A DNA stretch of 64,000 nucleotides from an uncultured Bacteroidales bacterium. Its GTDB lineage: Bacteria > Bacteroidota > Bacteroidia > Bacteroidales > UBA4417. Shown one piece after another: positions 1-9,920 of this stretch (within the stretch, counting starts at the first letter, position 1; the number at the start of each line of letters is the position of its first letter). The notes below the pieces were generated by a model. The model ran no database searches. It worked only from the letters and a program-made list of their open reading frames with translations, and had not been told where the DNA came from. The DNA lies in assembly GCA_903822525.1 (NCBI GenBank), contig CAIJPI010000042.1, forward strand, positions 10,621 through 74,620. Direction: 5' to 3'. A program made the translations under genes and the position numbers.

Positions 1-325
1 GACGGGTTGCTGCCAGAACAACAAGAAAAAATAGTCCTCCGGTCACAACTGCCGAAATTCTTGTTAACTGCGATTTCTGAGGTATAATAGCTTTATTCAG
101 GTTCAACAGCATGATCACAAACAGGAAAAGAACCATGATAGCCCCGGTGTACACAATAATATGCACTACTGCCAGAAACTGGGCATTTAAAAGTATGTAA
201 TGACCAGCCATTGCTATAAAACAGATGATCAGGTAAATAACACTGTTAATAGGATTCGTCGAGAATACTACCAACAGGGCACTTATGATCATGATGGCCG
301 AAAGCATGTAGAATAGGAAGGTCAT
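1..325 (-). CDS. nuoJ: NADH-quinone oxidoreductase subunit J (N-terminal part; gene runs off the left edge)
   Basis: My own minus-strand translation from the ATG at 323-325 gives MTFLFYMLSAIMIISALLVVFSTNPINSVIYLIICFIAMAGHYILLNAQFLAVVHIIVYTGAIMVLFLF..., a hydrophobic NuoJ/ND6-like sequence. It lies directly downstream of nuoI in nuoA-J order. It is absent from the ORF track because it is truncated. Confidence 0.85.
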   Translation of the reverse strand, partial: MTFLFYMLSAIMIISALLVVFSTNPINSVIYLIICFIAMAGHYILLNAQFLAVVHIIVYTGAIMVLFLFVIMLLNLNKAIIPQKSQLTRISAVVTGGLFFLVVLAATR

Positions 326-358
326 TATATTCTGATTTAACTGTTTAGTGAGGTAGAT

Positions 359-934
359 TTATTTGTTATGGGCAAAACGTTTTTCCAGTTTGAACTTATT
401 CACATTCTCCGTTTGACGGGCTGATATATCAATCCGTTTTGAAGGATCAAGGGGTTCAACCAGCATATCCTTTCCATAAATAAAGGGTTTGCGCTTATAT
501 TGCGAAGCAACAATACGGTCAGTCAGGAATATCGCTTCCTTTGGGCAGGCATCCTCACAATCTCCACAGAAAATGCATCGCAGCATATTTATTTCGTAAA
601 CTGCAGCATATTTCTCCTCACGATAAAGGTTTTCTTCTCCCGGTTTCCGCTCTGCCGCAATCATAGTAATTGCTTCGGCCGGGCAGGCAACAGCGCACAG
701 CCCGCATGCAGTACAGCGTTCGCGACCTATGTCGTCACGTTTTAACACATGCTGCCCACGGTAAACCTTGCTGAATTCACGTTTCTGTTCAGGATAACTT
801 ATGGTGGTTTTCTTGCCGAAAAAATGTTTAAGCGTAATGAACATGCCTTTTACAATGGCAGGGATATAAATCCTTTCCATAAAGGTCATCTTCTTATCCG
901 AAACTACTTTCGATCGGTCAGTTAACATTTGCAT
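359..934 (-). CDS. nuoI: NADH-quinone oxidoreductase subunit I (2x[4Fe-4S])
   Basis: Two CxxCxxCxxxCP motifs are present (CTACGLCAVACP, CIFCGDCEDACP). Its position between nuoH and nuoJ fits. Confidence 0.93.
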   Translation of the reverse strand: MQMLTDRSKVVSDKKMTFMERIYIPAIVKGMFITLKHFFGKKTTISYPEQKREFSKVYRGQHVLKRDDIGRERCTACGLCAVACPAEAITMIAAERKPGEENLYREEKYAAVYEINMLRCIFCGDCEDACPKEAIFLTDRIVASQYKRKPFIYGKDMLVEPLDPSKRIDISARQTENVNKFKLEKRFAHNK

Positions 935-945
935 GGAGGTCCGGA

Positions 946-1977
946 TTAGGTTAGTTCAGTGAAATAGTAATAAACACCGGTTGCCAGGATGTTGAAAATA
1001 GCTAGCGGTATAAGCCCTTTCCATCCCAGGTTCATCAGCTGGTCGTAACGGAAGCGGGGTAAGGTCCACCGAATCCACATGAAAAGGAAGATCATGCTTA
1101 ATATCTTAACGAAAAAGAATGCTGTACCCAGCAGAGTAACCGTGTTTGGCGAAAGTCCAAGCTGGTCGATGAAAGGCATGTTGTATCCGCCAAAATATAA
1201 AGTTGTTATAACTGCTGACGAAATAAACATATTAATGTATTCGGCAAAGAGGTAAAAGCCGAGTTTCATCGAACTGTATTCGGTATGATAGCCGCCTATC
1301 AGCTCAGTTTCGCATTCAGGAAGATCGAAGGGAGCACGGTTGGTTTCAGCGAAAGCACAAGTAATAAATATCAGGAATCCCAGTGGCTGGTAAAAGATAT
1401 TCCAGTGCATACCATGCTGTTGGGTGACTATATCGTGAAGGCTCAGCGAACCGGTTGTAATAACCAGGGCGACAATCGACATACCCATAGCCAACTCATA
1501 GCTTATCATTTGTGAAGCAGCGCGAATGGCTCCAAGCAAAGCATACTTGTTGTTTGAAGCCCAGCCACCAATCATTATACCATATACACCAATTGAAACC
1601 ATGGCGAATACATATAGGATTCCAATATTCAGATCAGCAATCTGCATGGAGAATTCACGACCACCAATTATCAAAGTTCCTCCCCAGGGTATCACTACAC
1701 CCGTGAGCAAAGCCGTTGTCATAGCAATAGAAGGGCCTAAAATAAATAACGTCCTGTTTGCTGTTAGCGGTATTATCTCTTCCTTCATAAACATTTTAAC
1801 CCCGTCGGCCAGCGGCTGTAACAACCCGAAAGGGCCGGCGCGGTTAGGGCCCCGACGGTCCTGCATAAATGCTGCTACTTTTCGCTCCCCATAGGTCGAA
1901 TACATGGCTACCAGCAGGGTGACAAGTAATATTATAAACAGAAAAATGGTTTTGTATAAAAGTATAGTCCAATCCAT
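946..1977 (-). CDS. nuoH: NADH-quinone oxidoreductase subunit H
   Basis: A 343-aa polytopic protein with ND1/NuoH-like stretches (RRGPNRAGPFGLLQPLADGVK, APFDLPECETEL). Operon position fits. Confidence 0.93.
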   Translation of the reverse strand: MDWTILLYKTIFLFIILLVTLLVAMYSTYGERKVAAFMQDRRGPNRAGPFGLLQPLADGVKMFMKEEIIPLTANRTLFILGPSIAMTTALLTGVVIPWGGTLIIGGREFSMQIADLNIGILYVFAMVSIGVYGIMIGGWASNNKYALLGAIRAASQMISYELAMGMSIVALVITTGSLSLHDIVTQQHGMHWNIFYQPLGFLIFITCAFAETNRAPFDLPECETELIGGYHTEYSSMKLGFYLFAEYINMFISSAVITTLYFGGYNMPFIDQLGLSPNTVTLLGTAFFFVKILSMIFLFMWIRWTLPRFRYDQLMNLGWKGLIPLAIFNILATGVYYYFTELT

Positions 1978-2050
1978 GTCAAAGTCTTAAGCTGCAGTTA
2001 TACATGTAGAAATATTTTCATGATGATTTAACATCTGTTTATTGATTGTA

Positions 2051-3004
2051 TTAAAATTCAGGCTCTGTGGTTCCTGGTGTTTTGAGTTTTTCGTAATGAT
2101 TCTGCGAGATAACTGAATGCCTTTCAATAGCCCTGGGTCCTTCAATAATCCAGTCGCTGGCATCCTTGTGATGAAAACGGCAATCGTTACAGATATACTC
2201 TTCCAGTTCTCCGTATTTATCCTTTCTTCCGGTAACGCGCAAAATTTCTGATCCTTTCATCCAGATGGCTGTTTTGCCGCTGCAAGTCGGGCATTCGCGG
2301 TGTGCATCGAGAGGTTTTGTAAACCACACACGGCTTTTAAACCTGAAAGTCTTGTCAGTTAAAGCCCCTACAGGGCAAACATCAATCATATTGCCTGAAA
2401 AATCGTTGTCGATCGCTTTTGAAATATGTGTACCGATTTCCGAGTGATCGCCACGACCCAGTACGCCATGAACCCTTTTGTCAGTCAACTGATCGGCAAC
2501 CATAACACAACGGTAACAAAGTATGCATCGGTTCATGTGCAGTTTTATATAATCGCCAATGTCAACCGGTTCAAAAGTTCTGCGTTCTTCTACAGTGTTA
2601 GTATCTTCAAGCCCATGCTCATACGAAAGGTCCTGCAGGTGACACTCACCAGCCTGGTCACAGACCGGACAATCGAGCGGATGGTTGAGCAGTAAGAATT
2701 CGGTGATTGCCTGTCTGCTTTCCATTACTTCGGGTGAGGTAGTATTCTGTACCACCATACCATCCTGCACTGCAGTCCGGCATGCGGCTACAAGTTTAGG
2801 CAAAGGACGTATATCTTTCGATGAGGAGCGGGAAACTTTTACCAGGCATGTCCTGCATTTCCCGCCACTGCCTTCCAGTTTTGAGTAATAGCACATTGCC
2901 GGAGGCACTACACTGCCGCCAATCTGGCGGGCAGCATTCATGATGGTTGTACCAGCCTCGACTTCAACCTCTATTGTATCGATTGTTACCTTTAAAAGGG
3001 GCAT
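2051..3004 (-). CDS. nuoG: NADH-quinone oxidoreductase subunit G, short form (Fe-S N-terminal module only)
   Basis: It has a 2Fe-2S ferredoxin-like N-terminus (CYYSK...GKCRTCLV), the His/Cys cluster motif HPLDCPVCDQAGEC, and CILCYRCV...CPVGAL. At 317 aa it lacks the molybdopterin-like C-terminal domain. It overlaps the nuoF stop by 13 nt. Confidence 0.85.
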   Translation of the reverse strand: MPLLKVTIDTIEVEVEAGTTIMNAARQIGGSVVPPAMCYYSKLEGSGGKCRTCLVKVSRSSSKDIRPLPKLVAACRTAVQDGMVVQNTTSPEVMESRQAITEFLLLNHPLDCPVCDQAGECHLQDLSYEHGLEDTNTVEERRTFEPVDIGDYIKLHMNRCILCYRCVMVADQLTDKRVHGVLGRGDHSEIGTHISKAIDNDFSGNMIDVCPVGALTDKTFRFKSRVWFTKPLDAHRECPTCSGKTAIWMKGSEILRVTGRKDKYGELEEYICNDCRFHHKDASDWIIEGPRAIERHSVISQNHYEKLKTPGTTEPEF

Positions 3005-4293
3005 TTCTGTAGTTTTACATGTTCTTCAAATTCTTCGCGGAAATGACGGATCGCACTGGCAACAGGCCATGCTGCAGCGTCGCCAAGCGGGCATATAGTA
3101 TTTCCTTCAATATGTTTCGAAACAGACACAAGCAGGTCAATATCTTTCATGGTGCCTTGCCCGTTTTCGATGCGGTGCAGTATTTTTTCCATCCAACTGG
3201 TGCCTTCCCTGCAGGGACTGCATTGCCCGCACGATTCATGGTGGTAAAACCGTGCAAAAGTCAGCAGGTTTTTAACAATGCAGGTTGTTTCGTCCATTAC
3301 AATAAAACCGCCGGAGCCTAACATGGTACCCGACTGGAATCCTCCTTCCGACAGCGACTCATAACTCATCAGACGAGGTTCACCAGCGGCAGTTTTAAGA
3401 ATGAGGCTGGCTGGAAGAATTGGAACCGACGATCCTCCGGCAACAACAGCCTTCAGTTTGTGCCCGTTTCTTATGCCGCCACAATATTCATCACTGTATA
3501 TAAACTCTTCAACCGGAAGACCGAGTTCTATTTCGTATACTCCCGGTTTTTTGATGTGTCCGCATGCCGAGATGAGTTTTGTTCCTTTACTGTTTTCCAC
3601 ACCGATGGCTGCATAGGCTTCGCCTCCGTTATTGAGTATCCAGGGCAGAGCTGCAATAGTTTCTACATTGTTAACAACCGTGGGGCAGCCGTATAATCCA
3701 ACCAAGGCAGGAAATGGTGGTTTGATACGCGGATTGCCCCTCTTGCCTTCGAGCGATTCGAGTAGGGCAGTTTCTTCACCGCATATGTATGCACCTGCAC
3801 CTGGCTGACAGTACAAATCGAGCGAATATCCACTGCCAAGTATGTTTTGGCCAAGGAAGCCTTGTTTATACGCTTCTTCAATGGCTTTTTCAATAATACG
3901 TAACACATAAAATAATTCACCCCTTACATAGATATATGCAGATCCTGCACCAAGGGCATAGGCACCCAGTATCATCCCTTCAATAAGCTGATGAGGGTTT
4001 CGCTGACCAATATACCTGTCTTTAAAGGTTCCAGGCTCGCTTTCATCGAAGTTACAGACAAAATACCTTGGTTTCTCACTTTTTTTATCAATAAAACCCC
4101 ATTTCATGCCTGCAGGAAATCCTGCTCCACCACGCCCACGCAGACCCGATTTCGTAACTTCACCGGTTACCTGGTCAGGGGTCAGGTTCTTTAAGGTTTT
4201 CACCACCGAAGAATATCCGCCCAGCTGCCTGTAAACCTCGAAGTTGGCCAGACCAGGTACGTCAATATTGTTTAATAGGATTTGGGTAGCCAT
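2992..4293 (-). CDS. nuoF: NADH-quinone oxidoreductase subunit F (FMN/NADH-binding)
   Basis: Contains GRGGAGFPAGMKWGF and the ESCGQCSPCREG 4Fe-4S motif. Length is 433 aa. Confidence 0.95.
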   Translation of the reverse strand: MATQILLNNIDVPGLANFEVYRQLGGYSSVVKTLKNLTPDQVTGEVTKSGLRGRGGAGFPAGMKWGFIDKKSEKPRYFVCNFDESEPGTFKDRYIGQRNPHQLIEGMILGAYALGAGSAYIYVRGELFYVLRIIEKAIEEAYKQGFLGQNILGSGYSLDLYCQPGAGAYICGEETALLESLEGKRGNPRIKPPFPALVGLYGCPTVVNNVETIAALPWILNNGGEAYAAIGVENSKGTKLISACGHIKKPGVYEIELGLPVEEFIYSDEYCGGIRNGHKLKAVVAGGSSVPILPASLILKTAAGEPRLMSYESLSEGGFQSGTMLGSGGFIVMDETTCIVKNLLTFARFYHHESCGQCSPCREGTSWMEKILHRIENGQGTMKDIDLLVSVSKHIEGNTICPLGDAAAWPVASAIRHFREEFEEHVKLQKCPF

Positions 4294-4829
4294 TATAACA
4301 GGTAAGGATTTGTATGCGAAATTTTATTTTCTTCCTGCCATTTGTCAAGCAGCACATCTGCTTTTTGAGGAGTAAGATTTTCGTGGTATTCGGTTCCAAC
4401 CTGTATTACGGGTGCGTTACCGCATGCTGCAAGACATTCAACGGTTTTAAGCGTGAACCTGCCATCAGGAGTTGTTTCACCGGGCTTAATTCCCAGGCGC
4501 TTTTCGAAATGAGCCAGAAGTTCTTCGGCACCGTTCAGCCAGCATGGCCCGGTCTGACAAACTTCAATAACACAGTTGCCGACAGCTTGTAAATTAAACA
4601 TGCTGTAAAACGATGCTACTTCATATACTTCGATGGGTTGTAAATCGAGCAAAGAAGCAACATAATCCATTGTTTCGGCACTAAGCCATCCGTTATTCTC
4701 GGCTTGAGCGATATGTAATACAGGAAGTAAGGCTGATTTTTGCCTGCCTTCAGGGTAGCGTTTAATGATCTGTCGTACAAGCGCTAACGTATCGCTGTTA
4801 AATTCAGTCAGGTTGAGCTTTTTTTGCAT
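4293..4829 (-). CDS. nuoE: NADH-quinone oxidoreductase subunit E (2Fe-2S)
   Basis: Thioredoxin-like 2Fe-2S pattern CQTGPC...CLAACGNAP. It overlaps nuoF by 1 nt. Confidence 0.92.
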   Translation of the reverse strand: MQKKLNLTEFNSDTLALVRQIIKRYPEGRQKSALLPVLHIAQAENNGWLSAETMDYVASLLDLQPIEVYEVASFYSMFNLQAVGNCVIEVCQTGPCWLNGAEELLAHFEKRLGIKPGETTPDGRFTLKTVECLAACGNAPVIQVGTEYHENLTPQKADVLLDKWQEENKISHTNPYLL

Positions 4830-4879
4830 TTATGCTTCTTCAAGGTTTCTTGTAAGCGTGATTTTATATATTTTAGTAA

Positions 4880-6115
4880 TTAAGCATCCAGTTCTCCGGC
4901 AATAACATTCATCGAACTCATGGTAAGAATTGCATCCGACAACATATTGCCTTTCACCATCTCAGGATACGCCTGATAATAGATAAAGCAAGGCCGGCGG
5001 AAATGCAGCCTCGAAGGGGTGCGTCCACCATCACTCACCAGGTAAAATCCCAGTTCGCCATTAGCTGCTTCAATGCAATGGTATACTTCACCGGCAGGAA
5101 TATCGGTTTCGCCCATCACAATTTTGAAATGCCATATCAGAGCTTCCATGTTGTTGTATACTTTCTCTTTGGGAGGCAGCACAAATCGTGGATCACTGGC
5201 AAAATAGGTCTCTTTATCCTCCATTTTATCAAGTTTCACCAGCGCCTGCTCAATAATATGAAGGCTTTGATACATTTCCTCCTGGCGCACCATAAATCGG
5301 TCGTAAGTATCCCCACTCTGCCCGATCGGAACTATAAAGTCGAATTCTTCGTACGAACTGTAAGGGTTCATTACCCTTACATCATAATCCACTCCACAGG
5401 CACGTAGGTTAGGTCCTGTAAATCCGTATGCTAGCGCCCTTTCAGCCGAAAAAGCGCCTACGTTTATAGTACGATCCATAAATATGCGGTTCCGTACCAG
5501 GAGATTTTCAAATTCTTTAAGTTTTGCAGGCACTGTTTTCAGAAAATGCCTGATCTTTTCCCAAGCTTTTGGACTGAAATTACGCTCGAACCCGCCAATC
5601 CGGCCCATATTGGTTGTTAGCCTGGCACCACAGATTTCTTCGTAAATTTCGTAAATAAATTCCCTGTCCTGGAATACATAAGTGAATCCTGTCAAAGCAC
5701 CACTGTCGACAGCAATAACGCTGTTGCATATCAGGTGATCGGCAATACGGGCAAGTTCCATGATCACAACGCGGAGGTAGTCAACACGCTTTGGAATTTC
5801 AATGCCGAGCAACTTCTCTACAGTCATATGCCAGCCCATGTTATTGAGCGGCGATGAACAATAATTTAACCTGTCGGTAAGCGGGGTGATCTGGTAGAAA
5901 GGACGTCGTTCCGCAATTTTTTCAAAAGCCCGGTGTATATATCCGATAGTTTGTTCGGTACTTACAATAAATTCACCATCCATCAACATGATATTCTGGA
6001 ATACACCATGTGTAGCAGGATGAGTTGGCCCTACATTGAGTGTGTTATACTCCTTAGGCTCTTCTGCTTTTATAACATCTCTTTCCCAAAAATCAGTTTC
6101 AGGTTCTATTGCCAT
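4880..6115 (-). CDS. nuoD: NADH-quinone oxidoreductase subunit D
   Basis: A 411-aa 49-kDa-subunit-like protein ([13 protein letters not shown]..., RIGG, C-terminal VIAGELDA). Operon position fits. Confidence 0.93.
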   Translation of the reverse strand: MAIEPETDFWERDVIKAEEPKEYNTLNVGPTHPATHGVFQNIMLMDGEFIVSTEQTIGYIHRAFEKIAERRPFYQITPLTDRLNYCSSPLNNMGWHMTVEKLLGIEIPKRVDYLRVVIMELARIADHLICNSVIAVDSGALTGFTYVFQDREFIYEIYEEICGARLTTNMGRIGGFERNFSPKAWEKIRHFLKTVPAKLKEFENLLVRNRIFMDRTINVGAFSAERALAYGFTGPNLRACGVDYDVRVMNPYSSYEEFDFIVPIGQSGDTYDRFMVRQEEMYQSLHIIEQALVKLDKMEDKETYFASDPRFVLPPKEKVYNNMEALIWHFKIVMGETDIPAGEVYHCIEAANGELGFYLVSDGGRTPSRLHFRRPCFIYYQAYPEMVKGNMLSDAILTMSSMNVIAGELDA

Positions 6116-6282
6116 GTATGGATTGCTGTAATTAGTATAAGCGTTTTAACTCTGTTTGCCCCGAAAGGTAATGTTTGTAATATTTCAGGTAGTATTATTT
6201 TTTTTGTTTCGGTCCCGTATTTTTGCTGTTTTGCAATTTAGCAACCGGCATTGCGGAAGATAACTTTATTAATTGCATGATC

Positions 6283-6792
6283 TCACCTGCCGAACATGCT
6301 GTCGTTTTTATCATCCCGCGTCTGGTCTTCGAGTGGGAAATCCTTTCTTAATGGGAAGCCTTCCATTTCCTCAACATTTAAAATTCGTTTCAGGTTGGGA
6401 TGACCTTCAAATAGTATTCCGTAAAAATCATAAGCTTCACGTTCCATCCAGTTGGCGGAAGTCCATATGGAAGTAATTGTTGGTAATATAGGATTGTTAA
6501 CCTCGATGGAGGTTTTAATCCGTATCCTGTGGTTGTTCAGAAAACTATGTAAATGATAAACAACTCCAAGTTGTTCATTTTCAGGATAGTGCATTCCGCA
6601 AAGTGTGGTCAGAAAATTAAATTGCAGTTCATCATCATCACGGAGAAAAAGCAATGCATCATAGATTGCTTCTTTCTGAATGTCGATGCAAAGCATGTCG
6701 GCTTGCATAACATGGCTGACAATCGAATTGCCAAACCGGCTGCTGAGTTTACTGATAACGAACTGGTCTCTTTCGGGATTGATCTTGAACAC
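6283..6792 (-). CDS. nuoC: NADH-quinone oxidoreductase subunit C
   Basis: 30-kDa-subunit signature ANWMEREAYDFYGILFEGHPNLKRIL. It is separate from nuoD (not fused). Confidence 0.92.
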   Translation of the reverse strand: MFKINPERDQFVISKLSSRFGNSIVSHVMQADMLCIDIQKEAIYDALLFLRDDDELQFNFLTTLCGMHYPENEQLGVVYHLHSFLNNHRIRIKTSIEVNNPILPTITSIWTSANWMEREAYDFYGILFEGHPNLKRILNVEEMEGFPLRKDFPLEDQTRDDKNDSMFGR

Positions 6793-6854
6793 AAGTGGTT
6801 TTATTAATTGGAAATTTTATCAAAAGGATGAATGCTCAAATAGCTTTTGCGAAA

Positions 6855-7444
6855 TTATTCCATGTTGTATTGTTTCATTAATGCTTCGTATTCTTTGGAA
6901 TGTCGTCTGCGGAGTGATTCGTTTTCAACAAGTTCCTGTATTTTTATTATTCCATCGATGATCTGTTCTGGTCGTGGAGGACAGCCTGGTACGTATACAT
7001 CTACCGGTATGATTCGGTCAATGCCCTGTAAAACGCTGTAAGTGTCAAAAATTCCACCGCTCGATGCACAGGCTCCAACGGCAATAACCCATTTAGGTTC
7101 AGCCATCTGTATGTATATCTCACGAAGCACAGGCCCCATTTTTTTTTTGCTACTGTTCCCATCACCATTAGCAGGTCGCTTTGCCGGGGCGAAAAGCTAA
7201 GTCTCTCTGACCCAAATCGGGCAAGGTCGTAATGGGCTCCCATGGTAGCCATAAATTCAATGCCGCAGCAGGAAGTTGCAAATGGCAATGGCCATAGCGA
7301 ATTCTTTCGTGCGAGACCAACTGCTTTTTCAATAGAAGTGGCAAAAAATCCCTGTCCGGATATTCCTTCGGGAGTTTCGGCAACAGCAGGTGTGAGTATC
7401 TGGTTAGGTTTTCCTGACATTTTCGAGTTTTTTACAGACTGCAT
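6855..7444 (-). pseudogene. nuoB: NADH-quinone oxidoreductase subunit B, reading frame broken at an A10 homopolymer
   Basis: ORF 7001-7444 is NuoB-like up to ...[14 protein letters not shown] and then turns to nonsense. ORF 6855-7139 continues [31 protein letters not shown]...[14 protein letters not shown] in another frame. The junction is T10 on the + strand at 7139-7148. One extra A (or a -1 slip) gives ...[14 protein letters not shown].... Confidence 0.9.
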
Positions 7445-7812
7445 TAACGCTTATCCCATTTTAAAGCGCCCTTCAGTATGATATATATAAAGCCTGCCAG
7501 AACAAGCATCATAAATAAAAACATTTCAAGAAATCCGGCTTTGCCTAATTCTTTGAAGTTTACTGCCCAGGGATACATAAATATAACTTCAACATCAAAT
7601 AGCACAAACAAAATTGCAATCAGAAAATATTTAACCGAAAACGGACTCCTTGCATTTCCCATTCCCTCAATACCACACTCGAAATTTTCGAGTTTGGCCT
7701 TTGATGACCTTTTTGGCCCCAGTAAATGAGTCAGAATCATCGTGCTTATTACAAACCCGAGGACTACTAAGGACTGGATAAGTACAGGGATATAATCTTT
7801 TGGCATCTTCAA
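7444..7812 (-). CDS. nuoA: NADH-quinone oxidoreductase subunit A
   Basis: A 122-aa, 3-TM protein with ND3/NuoA-like FECGIEGMG...FSVKYFLIAILFVLFDVEVIFMYPWA. It is the first gene of the operon. Confidence 0.92.
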   Translation of the reverse strand: MKMPKDYIPVLIQSLVVLGFVISTMILTHLLGPKRSSKAKLENFECGIEGMGNARSPFSVKYFLIAILFVLFDVEVIFMYPWAVNFKELGKAGFLEMFLFMMLVLAGFIYIILKGALKWDKR

Positions 7813-8343
7813 TATTTTTGTTGTGAAAGAATTAACGGTTGGTAATTCAATTTGTTCGTAAATCTAAATAAAAAAATCGGGGTATCAGCCAAAAATCACT
7901 GGGCTATCTGCATTAAAGTCGTAAAATTTTTAAGTGAAATTGCCTTATTGTGCAAAATTAATATAAACTCTTAAATTAAAGCTCCCTTAGTTATAAACAT
8001 ACTGTGAATTAGCTTTTGAATAATAGCTGCCGGGAAACATAGAAGACCGCTGTTACCTTTTAATGTCGGTAAACTCTGACATTCAATTTCTTTGGTTGTT
8101 TCCCGGTATCCATATTTCAATAAATAGCTTTTCAATACCTGCGATATAGTGTTATATGTTTAATTTTGAATATTTAATATTAGTATAAGTAACATATATA
8201 CAATGTGTTGCAATTTTATTTATAGCACTTCTAAAGTGCATTTTCTTTCATATTTTATTATATTTGTTTGTTTTAAAAATCTAATTTTGCACCTGTTTAG
8301 CGAAAGTAAATTCGTTTTTGTACTTATTAATTCTCATGCACCT

Positions 8344-8694
8344 ATGGTTTCGATATTGCTGAAAACTTTAATAATGTTTATACTATCATTTATCATAGCA
8401 ATGGTAGTTGCATTAATGATTTACTGGATTCGTGGCTTATTGACTTCGGTTAGGGTTAACAGCCTTTTTGATGAAAAATCGAAAACTATGGTAAAACGTG
8501 CCAGACGGATTCATAAAATTCACGATAACACGTTGAATATGCTTGCTGGTCAAACAGAACATGATGTACACCCTGAATTATTTGATTTTTATAAGGGTGT
8601 TAACAAGGAATTTGTGCAGCCCGAAGACTATCACGGTGAATTGAAACCTGTATCCGGGCGGAGGCGCAGCGCTGTAAACCGTAAAAAATTATAG
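8344..8694 (+). CDS. Small single-pass membrane protein, possibly OadG-like gamma subunit
   Basis: The internal ATG at 8344 gives MVSILLKTLIMFILSFIIAMVVALMIYWI... (N-terminal TM helix and basic tail). It lies 14 nt upstream of the decarboxylase beta subunit. The 5' part of track ORF 8203-8694 looks non-coding. Confidence 0.5.
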   Translation: MVSILLKTLIMFILSFIIAMVVALMIYWIRGLLTSVRVNSLFDEKSKTMVKRARRIHKIHDNTLNMLAGQTEHDVHPELFDFYKGVNKEFVQPEDYHGELKPVSGRRRSAVNRKKL

Positions 8695-8708
8695 AAATAG
8701 TATATTAT

Positions 8709-9920
8709 ATGGAAGGTATCGACTTTTTTAAATTATTTCAGGGATTCGGAACAATTGCCCATTCGAGTCCTACCATTATTATAGCAAGGTTCAGCTTAAT
8801 GATTCTGGGAGCTTTACTGGTATACCTGGGCAAACGGGGTGTGCTTGAACCTTTGTTGATGATTCCTATGGGAATTGGGATGGCTGCTATTAACGCCGGA
8901 GTAATGTTTATGCCCGACGGAAGTATGGGGAATTTATTCCTGAATCCGATGATCAGCGAGCCTGATCAGTTGATGAATATTATGCAGATCAATTTTTTAC
9001 AGCCAATTTATGTGCTTATGTTCAGCAATGGACTGATTGCCTGTTTCGTGTTTATGGGAATAGGAGCTATGCTTGATGTAAGTTACCTGCTCGACCGACC
9101 TTTTTCGAGTATGTTCCTTGCCATGTTCGGCGAATTAGGTACATTTTTAACCATTCCTATTGCAGTATACTTCGGACTGAATATTAAAGAAGCTGCCTCC
9201 ATTGCCATGGTCGGTGGTGCCGATGGGCCGATGGTTCTGTTCACATCGCTTAGCCTGGCTAAACATTTATTCGTTCCCATCACCGTGGTGGCGTATTTAT
9301 ACCTGGGACTTACCTATGGCGGATATCCTTATCTGATCCGTCTTATGATACCAAAACATATTCGGGGCATAAAGCCTGAGCCACCAAAACGCAAGCGCAA
9401 ACCTGTTAACTCTGGTATGAAACTTACTTTCGCAGTTTTAATTTGTACTCTGCTCTCATTTCTCTTCCCGGTGGCTTCACCTTTATTTTTATCTCTTTTC
9501 GTTGGAGTAGCTATTAAAGAATCAGGTTTGACGAATTTGCTGAACTTTATTTCAGGTCCTTTACTCTATGGTTCAACCTTCCTTTTAGGGCTGCTTTTAG
9601 GTGTATTGTGCGATGCCAACCTGTTACTCGACCCTAAGATTTTAATATTGCTGATTTTGGGTATCACCGCATTACTGATCTCGGGTATTGGCGGAATACT
9701 GGGAGGATACGTATTGTATTTCCTTTCGGGGAAGAAATATAATCCCACTATCGGCATTGCTGCTGTAAGTTGCGTGCCAACTACTGCAAAAGTGGCTCAG
9801 AAAGAAGTATCAAAAGTAAATCCACAGGCATTCATCCTGCCGCAGGCAATAGGTGCCAATATAAGCGGGGTTATCACAACTGCAATTATAACCGGTATAT
9901 ATATTACATTATTAAGCTAA
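8709..9920 (+). CDS. Sodium ion-translocating decarboxylase, beta subunit (OadB/MmdB/GcdB family)
   Basis: A 403-aa polytopic protein with family-typical stretches (MIPMGIGMAAINAG, SIAMVGGADGPM, VSCVPTTAKVAQ, ANISGVITTAI). Confidence 0.85.
   Translation: MEGIDFFKLFQGFGTIAHSSPTIIIARFSLMILGALLVYLGKRGVLEPLLMIPMGIGMAAINAGVMFMPDGSMGNLFLNPMISEPDQLMNIMQINFLQPIYVLMFSNGLIACFVFMGIGAMLDVSYLLDRPFSSMFLAMFGELGTFLTIPIAVYFGLNIKEAASIAMVGGADGPMVLFTSLSLAKHLFVPITVVAYLYLGLTYGGYPYLIRLMIPKHIRGIKPEPPKRKRKPVNSGMKLTFAVLICTLLSFLFPVASPLFLSLFVGVAIKESGLTNLLNFISGPLLYGSTFLLGLLLGVLCDANLLLDPKILILLILGITALLISGIGGILGGYVLYFLSGKKYNPTIGIAAVSCVPTTAKVAQKEVSKVNPQAFILPQAIGANISGVITTAIITGIYITLLS

Noticed and set aside
6116-6282. A 167-nt gap between nuoD and nuoC inside the operon, checked for an embedded element.
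   Set aside because: No clear hairpin, repeat or ORF was found. It is probably just an intercistronic spacer.
8203-8343. The N-terminal 47 codons of track ORF 8203-8694.
   Set aside because: The translation is AT-rich and low-complexity (MCCNFIYSTSKVHFLSYFIIFVCFKN...). A better start at 8344 gives a clean TM helix. The upstream part is treated as non-coding.
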